Below are positions 48,070-57,038 of a stretch of 64,000 nucleotides of DNA, piece by piece. Position 1 is the stretch's first letter. Every line of letters starts with the position of its first letter. The position numbers and the translations under genes are program-made. Source of the stretch: a virus. The notes below the pieces were generated by a model. That model made no database searches. It saw only the letters and a list, made by a program, of their open reading frames with translations, and was not told where the DNA came from. Location of the stretch: IMG/VR virus record IMGVR_UViG_3300026488_000018, positions 25,721-89,720 of that record; one strand, 5' to 3'.

Positions 48070-48318
48070 GTGAGGTGGTTGGGCATGGCATGTGATTATA
48101 CTGCAGCGATTGATACAATTTCAGACTACGGTGGGTTCGTTATTGAGTCTGATGAGGAAGTCGCAATTATGCGCTTTAAGGAGGGTGTATTTATTGTTAC
48201 CATGAGGGGAAGACCTGAAAATTGTATGCCTGTGCATGGGAAAAACGTTAGCATCGACGCTATTTCCAATCTTCCATATGTTACAGGTTTTTGGCCTGTT
48301 GACCTGGTGGAACTTTGA
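48070..48318 (+). CDS. small hypothetical protein
   Basis: own promoter cgcaaggtttataaag. Confidence 0.6.
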   Translation: MRWLGMACDYTAAIDTISDYGGFVIESDEEVAIMRFKEGVFIVTMRGRPENCMPVHGKNVSIDAISNLPYVTGFWPVDLVEL

Positions 48319-48403
48319 TTTTTCTTTTTATTGGTGAGTATTCTTATGAAGAATCGTAAAGTTTATAAAGGGTTAAGGCTATAATAAAAGCGAAGGAGGT
48401 GAT

Positions 48404-48769
48404 ATGATGGGCGCCAAAAAACATGTAGCCATTGTTTGCCCGTATTGTAGGGATGTTGAGCTTATTGTGGATGGTAGGGTTTATGACTGGGTGCACAAGG
48501 TAAAAACTACCGAGATTTGTGAGGCAGTTAAGATGGATGAAAATTTGGATTATGAGTTGGAAGACTTAGGTATTGACACTGAGGAGTCTTATTGGGTACA
48601 CGATGGTTGCGGTTATCAATATGCAGGAGACATCGCTGATTTGGGTGTTGTCTTCCACGTCGATGAGGAGGATAATATCGTTTTAGACAAGGTAGGGACA
48701 TATTGGAAGGAAAACATCAATGAGTTGAAGAACATATTGTCGCGGGAGTTCGGGAAGATGGTTAAGTGA
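48404..48769 (+). CDS. acidic Zn-ribbon-like protein
   Basis: CPYC and HDGC; own promoter. Confidence 0.6.
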   Translation: MMGAKKHVAIVCPYCRDVELIVDGRVYDWVHKVKTTEICEAVKMDENLDYELEDLGIDTEESYWVHDGCGYQYAGDIADLGVVFHVDEEDNIVLDKVGTYWKENINELKNILSREFGKMVK

Positions 48770-48841
48770 CTTTTCCATTGTTTTTATAGACCGCGGGGTT
48801 TATGAAGACTAAATACTATATGATTTCGGAGGTGATAAACA

Positions 48842-49075
48842 ATGAGGTTTAGTCCTTATACCATAGAGGAAAATGAGGTTATTGTAATTGGTTCTGAGGG
48901 TATTTTCCTTATTACAGAGGTTCCGGATTTAAAGGGCTTGGCACGGTATAGTAATGAAACTTACTTTGGCGAGGAAGACGGTGAGGAGCACATTTTCCGC
49001 GTTGGAAGAATTGTTAATGTTACTAAGACAGAGGGGTCTTATATTGCAGTATTTGAGTTGGTTCAAGCAGACTGA
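48842..49075 (+). CDS. small hypothetical protein
   Basis: own promoter and RBS. Confidence 0.6.
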   Translation: MRFSPYTIEENEVIVIGSEGIFLITEVPDLKGLARYSNETYFGEEDGEEHIFRVGRIVNVTKTEGSYIAVFELVQAD

Positions 49076-49126
49076 GCTTACCGCAAGCTTTATAAAGGTT
49101 AAAGGCTAATATAATAGCGAGGTGAT

Positions 49127-49480
49127 ATGGCAATGTGTGAGATTAAAAAACGCATAGGTAATTACGCCCGGTTTAAGGATTGCACCGTCGATGCTTTGCA
49201 GAACTTGCTCGAGGTGTGGGGGAACGAAAACAACCTCGAAGAAAGACAGAACGGCGGTATTTCCATTAGGGAGGTATTCGAAATCGCAAGTATGTTGGGT
49301 GAGGAGAATGTGCGGGTGGATGGTTACATCATATACCCCCCAAGAGAAGACGCCCGCATCACAGTCGACACAATTAAAGTTCGCGGTATTGATATAGGCG
49401 AAGTATTAGCCCAGACAAGAACGAGAAGCCCGGATGATGTATGGGAGGAAGGAGATTGGACCTGTGCATGGTGGGATTGA
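49127..49480 (+). CDS. hypothetical protein ending in WWD
   Basis: own promoter; C-terminal PDDV..WTCAWWD. Confidence 0.65.
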   Translation: MAMCEIKKRIGNYARFKDCTVDALQNLLEVWGNENNLEERQNGGISIREVFEIASMLGEENVRVDGYIIYPPREDARITVDTIKVRGIDIGEVLAQTRTRSPDDVWEEGDWTCAWWD

Positions 49481-49522
49481 TGTTTTCTATTTTTTCACAT
49501 ATAACGGTGGAGGTGATACCAG

Positions 49523-49867
49523 ATGGAGGTTGTAAGTTTTGATGATTTGGTGAAGAACGCTGAGCATAGGAATAGAACAAATGATTTCCCGATTCGCGGT
49601 ATTATCAACAAAGCCCGCGAGCTCGGTATTGTCTATCACGTTAGAAGTGGATTAGCTGGGGATGGTATTATAGAGCACGTGTATAGAACGAATTTCGGTG
49701 AGGAGTTAGTTGTTACGGAGTTTGCGGGTGATAAACTCTCAATGGAGTGGAATGGTGTCACGTACGAAGAACCGACAACAACCAAAAGATTTATAAAGGT
49801 TAAGGGCGCATATATGTTTGAAAAGAGAGGTGATTCCCGTGAGCGGATGGGTTATACTGTGTATTGA
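49523..49867 (+). CDS. hypothetical protein whose 3' end reads through the next promoter
   Basis: GGAGGTGA RBS; tail overlaps accaaaagatttataaagg. Confidence 0.55.
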   Translation: MEVVSFDDLVKNAEHRNRTNDFPIRGIINKARELGIVYHVRSGLAGDGIIEHVYRTNFGEELVVTEFAGDKLSMEWNGVTYEEPTTTKRFIKVKGAYMFEKRGDSRERMGYTVY

Positions 49868-50183
49868 TTCGGATGTCATTATTGGCGCAGATTACGCACG
49901 CAATAAGGAAGAACTGGACGAGCTCCTCGAGCTGTATATGGACGAATGCCAAAATTACGCAGTATTGTCTATTACGGATGTTCGCAGAATATGCGCCAAG
50001 CACAGGGATGAGCTGGGTATAGTCCTCGCGATAGACGATAATGGTATGCTCGGATTTGAGAAGTTTTATAATATCGATGAGATTGACGAAATAATCGCCC
50101 GCACCAGGGCAAACTACCTGGTATTGTTTGATGATGATATTGAATGGCTCTGCGAGGAGGTGAAGATTAATGGTTGGTGTTAA
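49818..50183 (+). CDS. acidic protein with internal duplication; probable start GTG 49839
   Basis: VILCIDSD..EELDELL..NYAVL repeated as IVLAIDDN..DEIDEII..NYLVL. Confidence 0.6.
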   Translation: MKREVIPVSGWVILCIDSDVIIGADYARNKEELDELLELYMDECQNYAVLSITDVRRICAKHRDELGIVLAIDDNGMLGFEKFYNIDEIDEIIARTRANYLVLFDDDIEWLCEEVKINGWC

Positions 50184-50616
50184 ATTTATTGAAGGTGATT
50201 TCGATACGTCTGATTGGGAGGAAATACCGGCTGAGAAGTTCCTTAGAGAGGTGTACAGAGTTGATAAGAGCGCGTACGAAAAACTTAGGCGCGGATTAAA
50301 TGAGTTAGGAAGTGTCAAGTTAAAGCGAAAGAAAGTCGGTCGCAATTGGGTATACTTCGACGGAAAGAATTATGTAATTATCGAAAAACCCCAGCGCGGC
50401 GACAAAACGCGTATTGTATTGAATGAGGTGAGGAAGCTACTCGAGCGTAAGAGTGGCGGTGTTACAGTTAGGGAAGTTTACGATTCACTTAGGCAGAAGG
50501 GTATTGCAGTACATCGTCCGTTCGTGTTTAACGTTATTAAGAAGAATTGTGAGTATGTGTATGAACAGACAAAAGGAGGGAGACGTTACATGGTTATTAA
50601 GGGGGTGAAGGTTTAA
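50170..50616 (+). CDS. winged-helix DNA-binding protein (paralog family)
   Basis: RGDKTRIVLNEVRKLL...KGIAVHRPFVFNVI. Confidence 0.65.
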   Translation: MVGVKFIEGDFDTSDWEEIPAEKFLREVYRVDKSAYEKLRRGLNELGSVKLKRKKVGRNWVYFDGKNYVIIEKPQRGDKTRIVLNEVRKLLERKSGGVTVREVYDSLRQKGIAVHRPFVFNVIKKNCEYVYEQTKGGRRYMVIKGVKV

Positions 50617-50849
50617 TGTGCAATGAGCGCGAAGTTCTCATTTCAGTTTTTGAATTTTTACATGACATCGAACCCTTCGAAGATGATATTTGGCAATTCG
50701 AAAAACACGAGGACGGCCGCTGTATTGAGTTTAGGGTGTATGATAAAGAGCGTAACAGGATGGGTTGGCTCAGGCGTTGCGCGCGCGGCCTGGTATTTTC
50801 ATATGGCGGTTGGGAGGTTATCGAAGACTTCTTGGGGGAGATGATGTAA
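50616..50849 (+). CDS. small hypothetical protein
   Basis: TAATG coupling to upstream gene. Confidence 0.55.
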   Translation: MCNEREVLISVFEFLHDIEPFEDDIWQFEKHEDGRCIEFRVYDKERNRMGWLRRCARGLVFSYGGWEVIEDFLGEMM

Positions 50850-51032
50850 ATGCGCGTGGTGTTAGATGTCCCGGTTGAGCGCGGTGAAGATTACATTCGC
50901 GTAGGTAGGGTGAGATTTGACTTATGTTCCGATTGTCCATTGGACGACGAGGAGATTGTAATAATGCTCCTGGTATCAGCCCTGGGTATTGGTCTAGGCG
51001 ATGATTTCGAGATTATCGAGGTGAGCGAATGA
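50850..51032 (+). CDS. small hypothetical protein
   Basis: abuts upstream stop codon. Confidence 0.5.
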   Translation: MRVVLDVPVERGEDYIRVGRVRFDLCSDCPLDDEEIVIMLLVSALGIGLGDDFEIIEVSE

Positions 51033-51274
51033 TGTTCCACGCGGGCTGTATTATCGCATATCTGAATGAAGAGTATTACAAAGACGAGTACGGTAATGTG
51101 TTTGTCGGGTCGAGCTGGGTTGGAAAAACAGATGGCCCCGTAGAGGATTTCATCAAGGAGAAGATTAAGGAATACTACAATCACAACTGCAACCACGGTA
51201 TTGTTCTCCGTTTCAAGCACGGGGTATTACGTATTAACGAGCAAGGTGAGGCCTGGATTGAGGAGGTGGTTTAA
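51029..51274 (+). CDS. small hypothetical protein
   Basis: ATGA overlap with upstream gene. Confidence 0.55.
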   Translation: MMFHAGCIIAYLNEEYYKDEYGNVFVGSSWVGKTDGPVEDFIKEKIKEYYNHNCNHGIVLRFKHGVLRINEQGEAWIEEVV

Positions 51275-51566
51275 CATGGCGTGGGAGGTAGAGTTTATTA
51301 AATACATAATCGAGAAGAGCGAAATTCAGGTGAACAGGGAAGAGCTTATTGTTTTATACAAGACTTTCAAGAAGCGTCATCCAGTGAAGTCGTATTCAAT
51401 ACAGGGCGTAGACGAGCACGGCGTTTATGTTAAGGAGGTGTTTAATATCCCAGACACAGGATACGTCGAATTCACTGCGCGGTATTGTATCGATAAAGGC
51501 GTAACAGACGTAGAACTGAGGGTGTATCCATTGAACGGCAGAGCGGTTGTTATTAGGGGTGAATAA
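51201..51566 (+). CDS. small protein, paralog of 46401..46706; probable start ATG 51276
   Basis: GGAGGTGG RBS; shared N-terminal pattern. Confidence 0.6.
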   Translation: MFSVSSTGYYVLTSKVRPGLRRWFNMAWEVEFIKYIIEKSEIQVNREELIVLYKTFKKRHPVKSYSIQGVDEHGVYVKEVFNIPDTGYVEFTARYCIDKGVTDVELRVYPLNGRAVVIRGE

Positions 51567-51874
51567 GTGTATATACGGAAATTACGGGGGCAGGTTATTT
51601 AATGAGAACTCCCCCCGCTAGAGAAGCGGTTATTTATACCTATTCTCAGCATAGCGCGGTATTGTTTTTATTCCAATCGTTGGAGCGTATTTAGTACAAA
51701 GTGTGAGTAATTGGTTTTTCAATAGTATGGGAGTATTGTTTTCTATTTTAGTGTGATGATAGTGTTGCCCCTCGATGGATGTGAGGACTCCTGTTATCCC
51801 TGACATACAAAACACCAAGTTTTAATTAAATCTTTCAAGCTTTATAAATTTTGCGGTTACCAAAAACTTTATAA

Positions 51875-52225
51875 ATGCTAAAAGCTATAATAAAAATCGA
51901 GGTGATTGATATGATGAAGAGCAAAGTAGATTTAACAACATATGGTGTAAATGTTGTAGACCCCCTTGAGAGAGAAATACAAGAATACGTTGCACTTCAA
52001 GCTAAGGTGAAAGAACTTGAAAAACTTCTTGCTGAAAAGAGGAAATATATTATTGAACGTCTTGGAGAAGGAACTTATACCATTGGTGATTACAAAGTTT
52101 CAATAACGACGCAAGTGAGGCGTTATCTTAAAACGAAAGATGTGAAAGAATTTCTCGCTCGGCGCGGGGTATTAAATGATTTCCTCGAAGAGAAAGAAAT
52201 TACTGTGCTGAGCATTCGTAGGTGA
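51875..52225 (+). CDS. coiled-coil hypothetical protein; probable start ATG 51911
   Basis: own promoter; helix followed by beta-hairpin (YTIGDYKVSI). Confidence 0.65.
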   Translation: MLKAIIKIEVIDMMKSKVDLTTYGVNVVDPLEREIQEYVALQAKVKELEKLLAEKRKYIIERLGEGTYTIGDYKVSITTQVRRYLKTKDVKEFLARRGVLNDFLEEKEITVLSIRR

Positions 52226-52671
52226 TTTTTTCTTATTTTTTGTTGTGCAGTGTTGTTTCTTCTAACGCGGGGGTGGAAGCGTTTTTATCGAAATGTGATA
52301 ATATTATTTGCCAACACAACAGCGGTATTGTTTTTATTATAGAACGTTAAGTAAAGGTTTTATTCAAGGCAGTGTGAAGGTCTTTTTTACAAAATGAGAG
52401 AAGCGCAAGTGCGTGCATTACTTACACGGTTGGGAAAGAGTTTTTATTCAGTGTAGTGAAAGCAATATTTATTGCTATGAGTAGTGATGAATTTTTTCTT
52501 CAGCGTAGTATTATTGGTATTTTAACCGTATACGAGAAAGAGTTTTAAAATTAAGTGTGAGGGTTAAATAAAAGTATTTAACCGCAAACTTTATAAAGCT
52601 TAAAAGCTATAATAAAAATCGAAAAATTAAATAATGCAGTTAAAGCAAAAATAAAAAAAGAGGTGATGTAG

Positions 52672-53022
52672 ATGAGAATAGAAAGCAATTTTTACGCACC
52701 CGAAGAAAAAATTTATTACATAGAATTTGAAGAGGGTTCTTCAAGAAAAGAATTAAAACTTAAAGTGGAAAAACTTGATTACAAAGATGAAGAAGAAAGT
52801 ATTTATATTGTGAGTGAGAAAAGCTTTAACGAATTATTTAAATTTTTAAACTCCAACAACAAAGCATTTTATTCTACCGAGTGTGAAGAAGTAAATTTAA
52901 TTTATAACTACGAAGAAGAAAATTTTGTTTACAGCATTGAGTACGATATTAATTCGTTAAAGCCAGTAAGAATTTCTATTTACATTAAAGATGTGAATTA
53001 TTCTTTGCACTTTATTGTTTAA
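52672..53022 (+). CDS. AT-rich acidic small protein
   Basis: own promoter aaccgcaaactttataaag; visibly more AT-rich than neighbours. Confidence 0.65.
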   Translation: MRIESNFYAPEEKIYYIEFEEGSSRKELKLKVEKLDYKDEEESIYIVSEKSFNELFKFLNSNNKAFYSTECEEVNLIYNYEEENFVYSIEYDINSLKPVRISIYIKDVNYSLHFIV

Positions 53023-53335
53023 TTTTTTATTTTTTGACGGAAAAAATCATTTCTCATAGCGCGGAAGAAGCGCCGGCGTTTGCGTAATAACTTTGATTGG
53101 CTTATTATCCGGATTTTTCGGCGAGGAGTTTATTTATTAGCCGTTGTTTATGGAGCGGTTTATATAATATCACGTTCACCTCTCCCGGAGTAACGGAGGT
53201 TAAGATTTTGTTTTTGTTTAAGCTAGGGTATTTTACTAATTTTTGCGCTTCTAACGCATCGGGAGAAGTTATAAATAAAAGCCCTAAAATCAGTTCTGAC
53301 AAGAATCAAAAGCTTTATAAACCAGCAGCGCCGTA

Positions 53336-53794
53336 TTGTTTATCGAGGTGTTCAAGATGAGGGCGAAGAGCGTCCGGGTGAAGGATATAAAAAAGCTCCT
53401 TCCCAAGCTCGGTGTGGAGGAGGTTTCTCTTCCCTTTGATGATGGCGATGTTGTTGCTTTTTCCTTTTCGAGGAGGGGCGATAACATCTTCGCAGTGGTG
53501 TGCAACCAGGAGGAGCGCTTTGAAATTCCCATTAACCCCGAGGATTACAAGCGGTATCTCAAATACGGCGACGCGCGGTATCGTCCAAGACGGAGGAGCT
53601 CGAGCGTTGTATTAAATGAAGTGAAGAAAGTCCTTGCAGAGCGCGGCGAGGTGACCCTCCCCGAGCTATATAAGATGCTCTCGAGCAAAGGCGTAGTGCG
53701 GTATCGTTCTCATCTTTATCAAGTTGTAAGGAATAACTTTGTGGTGGATTATATCGAGCGCGGCGGTAGGCGGGTTCTTCTCATTCGGGGCTAA
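53336..53794 (+). CDS. winged-helix DNA-binding protein (paralog family); probable start ATG 53357
   Basis: VVLNEVKKVL...SKGVVRYRSHLYQVV...GGRRVLLIRG. Confidence 0.65.
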   Translation: MFIEVFKMRAKSVRVKDIKKLLPKLGVEEVSLPFDDGDVVAFSFSRRGDNIFAVVCNQEERFEIPINPEDYKRYLKYGDARYRPRRRSSSVVLNEVKKVLAERGEVTLPELYKMLSSKGVVRYRSHLYQVVRNNFVVDYIERGGRRVLLIRG

Positions 53795-53826
53795 ATTTTA
53801 TACTTTTTTGCGATATTTTTATTAGG

Positions 53827-54174
53827 GTGATGTTCTATATGGTGGTATTACAAGACGTAATGTACGACGGGGGCACAATCACTATCATGTGCGATGACGA
53901 TATTTTCATTTTTGAAGTTATAAAGGAGATTGTTCACAACGAGGACTGGAGCTTTGTTGTTGTTAAAATTAAATGCGATTCTCACGATTTCGAGAGAGTA
54001 ATAAAAAAGATTCTCACTCAATGTGTATCGAGTAAAAAGCACGAGAACGGTGAGCTCGTTTATTACGCCCGGTGCGATAACTTCGAGGCGCTTTTGTATT
54101 TTAACCCCGAGTCAATGAAACTACAGCGGCTCCTGTTGTATTATCAACGCAAGATGTACGTTGTAGAGTGTTGA
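53827..54174 (+). CDS. small hypothetical protein
   Basis: GGGTGA RBS. Confidence 0.55.
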   Translation: MMFYMVVLQDVMYDGGTITIMCDDDIFIFEVIKEIVHNEDWSFVVVKIKCDSHDFERVIKKILTQCVSSKKHENGELVYYARCDNFEALLYFNPESMKLQRLLLYYQRKMYVVEC

Positions 54175-54221
54175 CGTTATTTTAAAAGAGCGTGTTGAAA
54201 TACTATTGAGGTGATGTCATA

Positions 54222-54494
54222 ATGTTTCCGCAGTTTAGTATGTATAAAAAAGTTAAAGGCTCTGTGACCGTTTCGGGTGTTGCCGCTGGCGGTTCATCCA
54301 AAGTCACGATAACCATTCCAGGCAATGTTGTTATTATAGGTGTTCCCAAGGTGAGCACTTCTACTTCTAATGCAGATGTTGAGGTCGTTAACGGTGGCGA
54401 GCGCGAGTTCACCGTCAGGGCGATTAATCTCGACTCCACTAACGCTCAGGATATTGTCGTTAATTACGAGGCGCTGGTTGCAATTGGCTCATAA
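54222..54494 (+). CDS. small all-beta protein, possible capsid decoration protein
   Basis: Val/Ser/Thr/Gly-rich beta sequence; codon use similar to capsid gene; TTTAAA promoter without the cassette BRE. Confidence 0.5.
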   Translation: MFPQFSMYKKVKGSVTVSGVAAGGSSKVTITIPGNVVIIGVPKVSTSTSNADVEVVNGGEREFTVRAINLDSTNAQDIVVNYEALVAIGS

Positions 54495-54567
54495 CGCGCG
54501 TTTTTATTTTTTCTTTTGGGCTAAAGATTAATAAACCCAACTACGGTATTTTCTTTCGGTGGTATTA

Positions 54568-54684
54568 ATGAGCGAAGATGAGCTCGAGCTTTTAATTCAA
54601 CTAAGCACGGCAGAGTTCATCAAGGTGCTTATTACGTACATTTTGATTCTGATTGTGATTGCGTTATTGGCGAAAGCTTTTTAA
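54568..54684 (+). CDS. 38-aa single-TM peptide
   Basis: GGTGGT RBS; MSEDELELLIQLSTAEFIKVLITYILILIVIALLAKAF. Confidence 0.45.
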   Translation: MSEDELELLIQLSTAEFIKVLITYILILIVIALLAKAF

Positions 54685-54706
54685 ATGTTTGTGGTGTAAT
54701 ATATTT

Positions 54707-54829
54707 GGAGGAGCTCCTCCCCAGGCGCCTGGGCTTTGGTTGTTATTGCTATTCATACGTCACCGCGCGCGGGTTAGAGGTGAGTCTCGAACTTTAAATT
54801 TCGCACGGGCTCAGAGTCTCTCTAACGCT
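54707..54829 (+). ncRNA. candidate structured non-coding RNA
   Basis: begins about 22 nt after a TTTTTAAA box; two adjacent GC-rich palindromes then a nested stem GTTAGAG..CTCTAAC; no RBS-ORF. Confidence 0.45.
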
Positions 54830-54834
54830 CTTTA

Positions 54835-55083
54835 AGAAAACTTCCAAACTAAGAAAACATCTCATCTAAACTTAACATCACATCTCATCTAAAAAAGAAA
54901 TACGGCAAAAGTTTTCGGTATTGTTTAAGAGTTTTCGAAAATTTGTTTGGGTATTGTTTAAGATGAAGAGTTAAGATTTAAATGTGAAGAAAGGTTTAAA
55001 AGTTTAAAGGTTTGAAAGTGAAGTAAAGTTTGAAGATGATAAAAGTTTGAAGGTTTGAAAGTTTAAAGGTTTGAAAGTTTACT
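54835..55083. repeat. low-complexity repeat region with local C-rich to G-rich switch
   Basis: acatctcatctaaa x2, ggtattgtttaaga x2, then about 8-bp AA(A/G)GTTT(G/A) tandem units. Confidence 0.75.
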
Positions 55084-55095
55084 AAGCACGGGGGT

Positions 55096-55446
55096 ATGAA
55101 AATGAGTGTGTATTATTACGCGCTGTTTGAGCGGGGTAGAAAGAAATTCGCGGTTTATCTCGGCTCAGGTATTGATGAGGTTGGTATTGAATGGTTTAAA
55201 GATATCGCGCGGACAGTGGAAGAGATGGACGAGGCGTTGGAGAATGACGATATTCTCGCAACCTTAGCAACTGCGTATTTTCTGAAGAAGTTGAAGTTTG
55301 ATTTGGATGTTACAACGCGCGGGTGTTTGACTAAGACGTTGGCTGTGTGGGGCTTGGTATGGATTATGGTCTGGGTCGGTGAAGCCAAGTTCCTGGGTAT
55401 TGTTTCAGAGTACGAGATGGGCGATGATATCGAGGTCATCAACTGA
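55096..55446 (+). CDS. hypothetical protein
   Basis: GGGGGT RBS. Confidence 0.6.
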   Translation: MKMSVYYYALFERGRKKFAVYLGSGIDEVGIEWFKDIARTVEEMDEALENDDILATLATAYFLKKLKFDLDVTTRGCLTKTLAVWGLVWIMVWVGEAKFLGIVSEYEMGDDIEVIN

Positions 55447-55460
55447 GGAGGGGTATTGCT

Positions 55461-55769
55461 GTGCTGGAGTATTGGATTGATTTAGACGTTCTTTACGAGT
55501 TGAACAATTACATTCGGAAACACAAAGTAACCGTCATCAAGGACTACACGGTATTGTACGGTGTAGAAGATGATTTCATCGAGGTGCTGAATTTAAAGAG
55601 CGGGGAGGTTGCTTTTAGAGCGGAGTTCGAGCCGGTGGGTGGTATCGAGCTTCTGGTGAAAAAGGTCGAGATTTACCCGGATGTGATAGGCTTTGGCGCG
55701 TTCAATCACTGGCTGGGTGAGTTCATTTCAAGGGTGAAGGATAATGAGCGATTACTGGACCGGGATTAA
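55461..55769 (+). CDS. hypothetical protein
   Basis: GGAGGGGT RBS. Confidence 0.6.
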   Translation: MLEYWIDLDVLYELNNYIRKHKVTVIKDYTVLYGVEDDFIEVLNLKSGEVAFRAEFEPVGGIELLVKKVEIYPDVIGFGAFNHWLGEFISRVKDNERLLDRD

Positions 55770-56371
55770 GTTCCTGGGTATTGTTTCGTATTTCCCGAGC
55801 GAGGGTATTTACGCGGTGAGCACGGGCAAGAGCGTTATTTTCACGAGCGATATCGGCGCATGGATTTCAATGAGCTGCAATTAACCCCCCGCGGGGTCAC
55901 TTAACAGGCGCGGTATTACCCAGTCAGCGCGGTATTGTCTTTACTAGAGCGGTGAGTTGTGGGAGTGTGCCGCGGCATTGCCCCCGTTGAAATGAATGAC
56001 CATGCAATTGCTGCAGTATTGCGGTGTTATTTCAACGAGCAGGGTATTGTGATATTGTTATTGATGAGGTGAGTAATTGCAGGGAGCGTCGCGGTATTGT
56101 TTTTAATGGGTGGGGAGGTGTAACGATGAACTGGATTGCGGCATTCTTTTTCGCGTATTTTTTGTTAGGAGCGGTTGTTAATTTGATTTGGTAGAGCAAT
56201 TGAGGTGGGTGTTCTTGAAGAGCAGCACAGCCCTGGGTATTATTTGACGAGCGCGGCATTGTTCATGGTGTTCGCGTATTTGATGTGGTTGTTATTATGA
56301 TTGGCGATGTTAATTAAGCCATCAACCGCAAACTTTATAAAGGCTAAAGGCGTATATGCTATTGGTGATGC

Positions 56372-57006
56372 ATGATGGTGGCTGCCAACAGGTTTAAGCT
56401 TGAAGGGCTTGTTTTGGAAGATATTATGGCTTTTCACAAGACGAGGAGGTTCAATTTGGGAAAAACAAGTGGTATGTTATTAGAGATATCGGCAAGAAAA
56501 CAGGCATCAGGTTCCGGGAGGTTGGTATTGTTGTTGATGAGTTGATTGAGAAGGGTTATCTCAGGGTTAGGAAGAAATATGGCAGGAATTATCTTCTGCT
56601 AACGAAAAAGGGCAGGGAGTATTACATGGAGAATTTTGGTGACTGGAAGGAGAAGGTGCTGATTAAACTTGAGAGGGGTGAATGGGTTGTTCTTGCCATC
56701 GGTTACCGGGAAGGTGAGTATTGGGATATTTCAGATAAAATACATTCGGTTCTTGATTGGAACAGAGATGTAAAAGAAAATTGGATTAGGAATACGCGCT
56801 TGGATGAGTATGTTTGGAAAATTATTGTTCCGCGCGATGCCGGTGAGGAAGCTTTTCGGAAGTTAAAGGATATGGGTGTCGACATTATTTTGGAGGTTGG
56901 AGAGCACGCTGTTACCAGTTGGTTATCATGGGTTATGTATATTGGGCATGTCGCGTCGGACGTTGGAAAGACGAACGATTACACAAACCCCGCACTCGCA
57001 GAGTAA
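56372..57006 (+). CDS. winged-helix protein split over two frames (-1 shift at GGGAAAA 56458..56464)
   Basis: promoter, RBS and ATG 56372 in one frame; wHTH (IRDIGKKTGIRFREVGIVVDELIEKGYL..LLTKKG) in the -1 frame without its own start. Confidence 0.55.
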
Positions 57007-57038
57007 AGTCACAATCTTTATAAACCAGCTGCGCAGTA

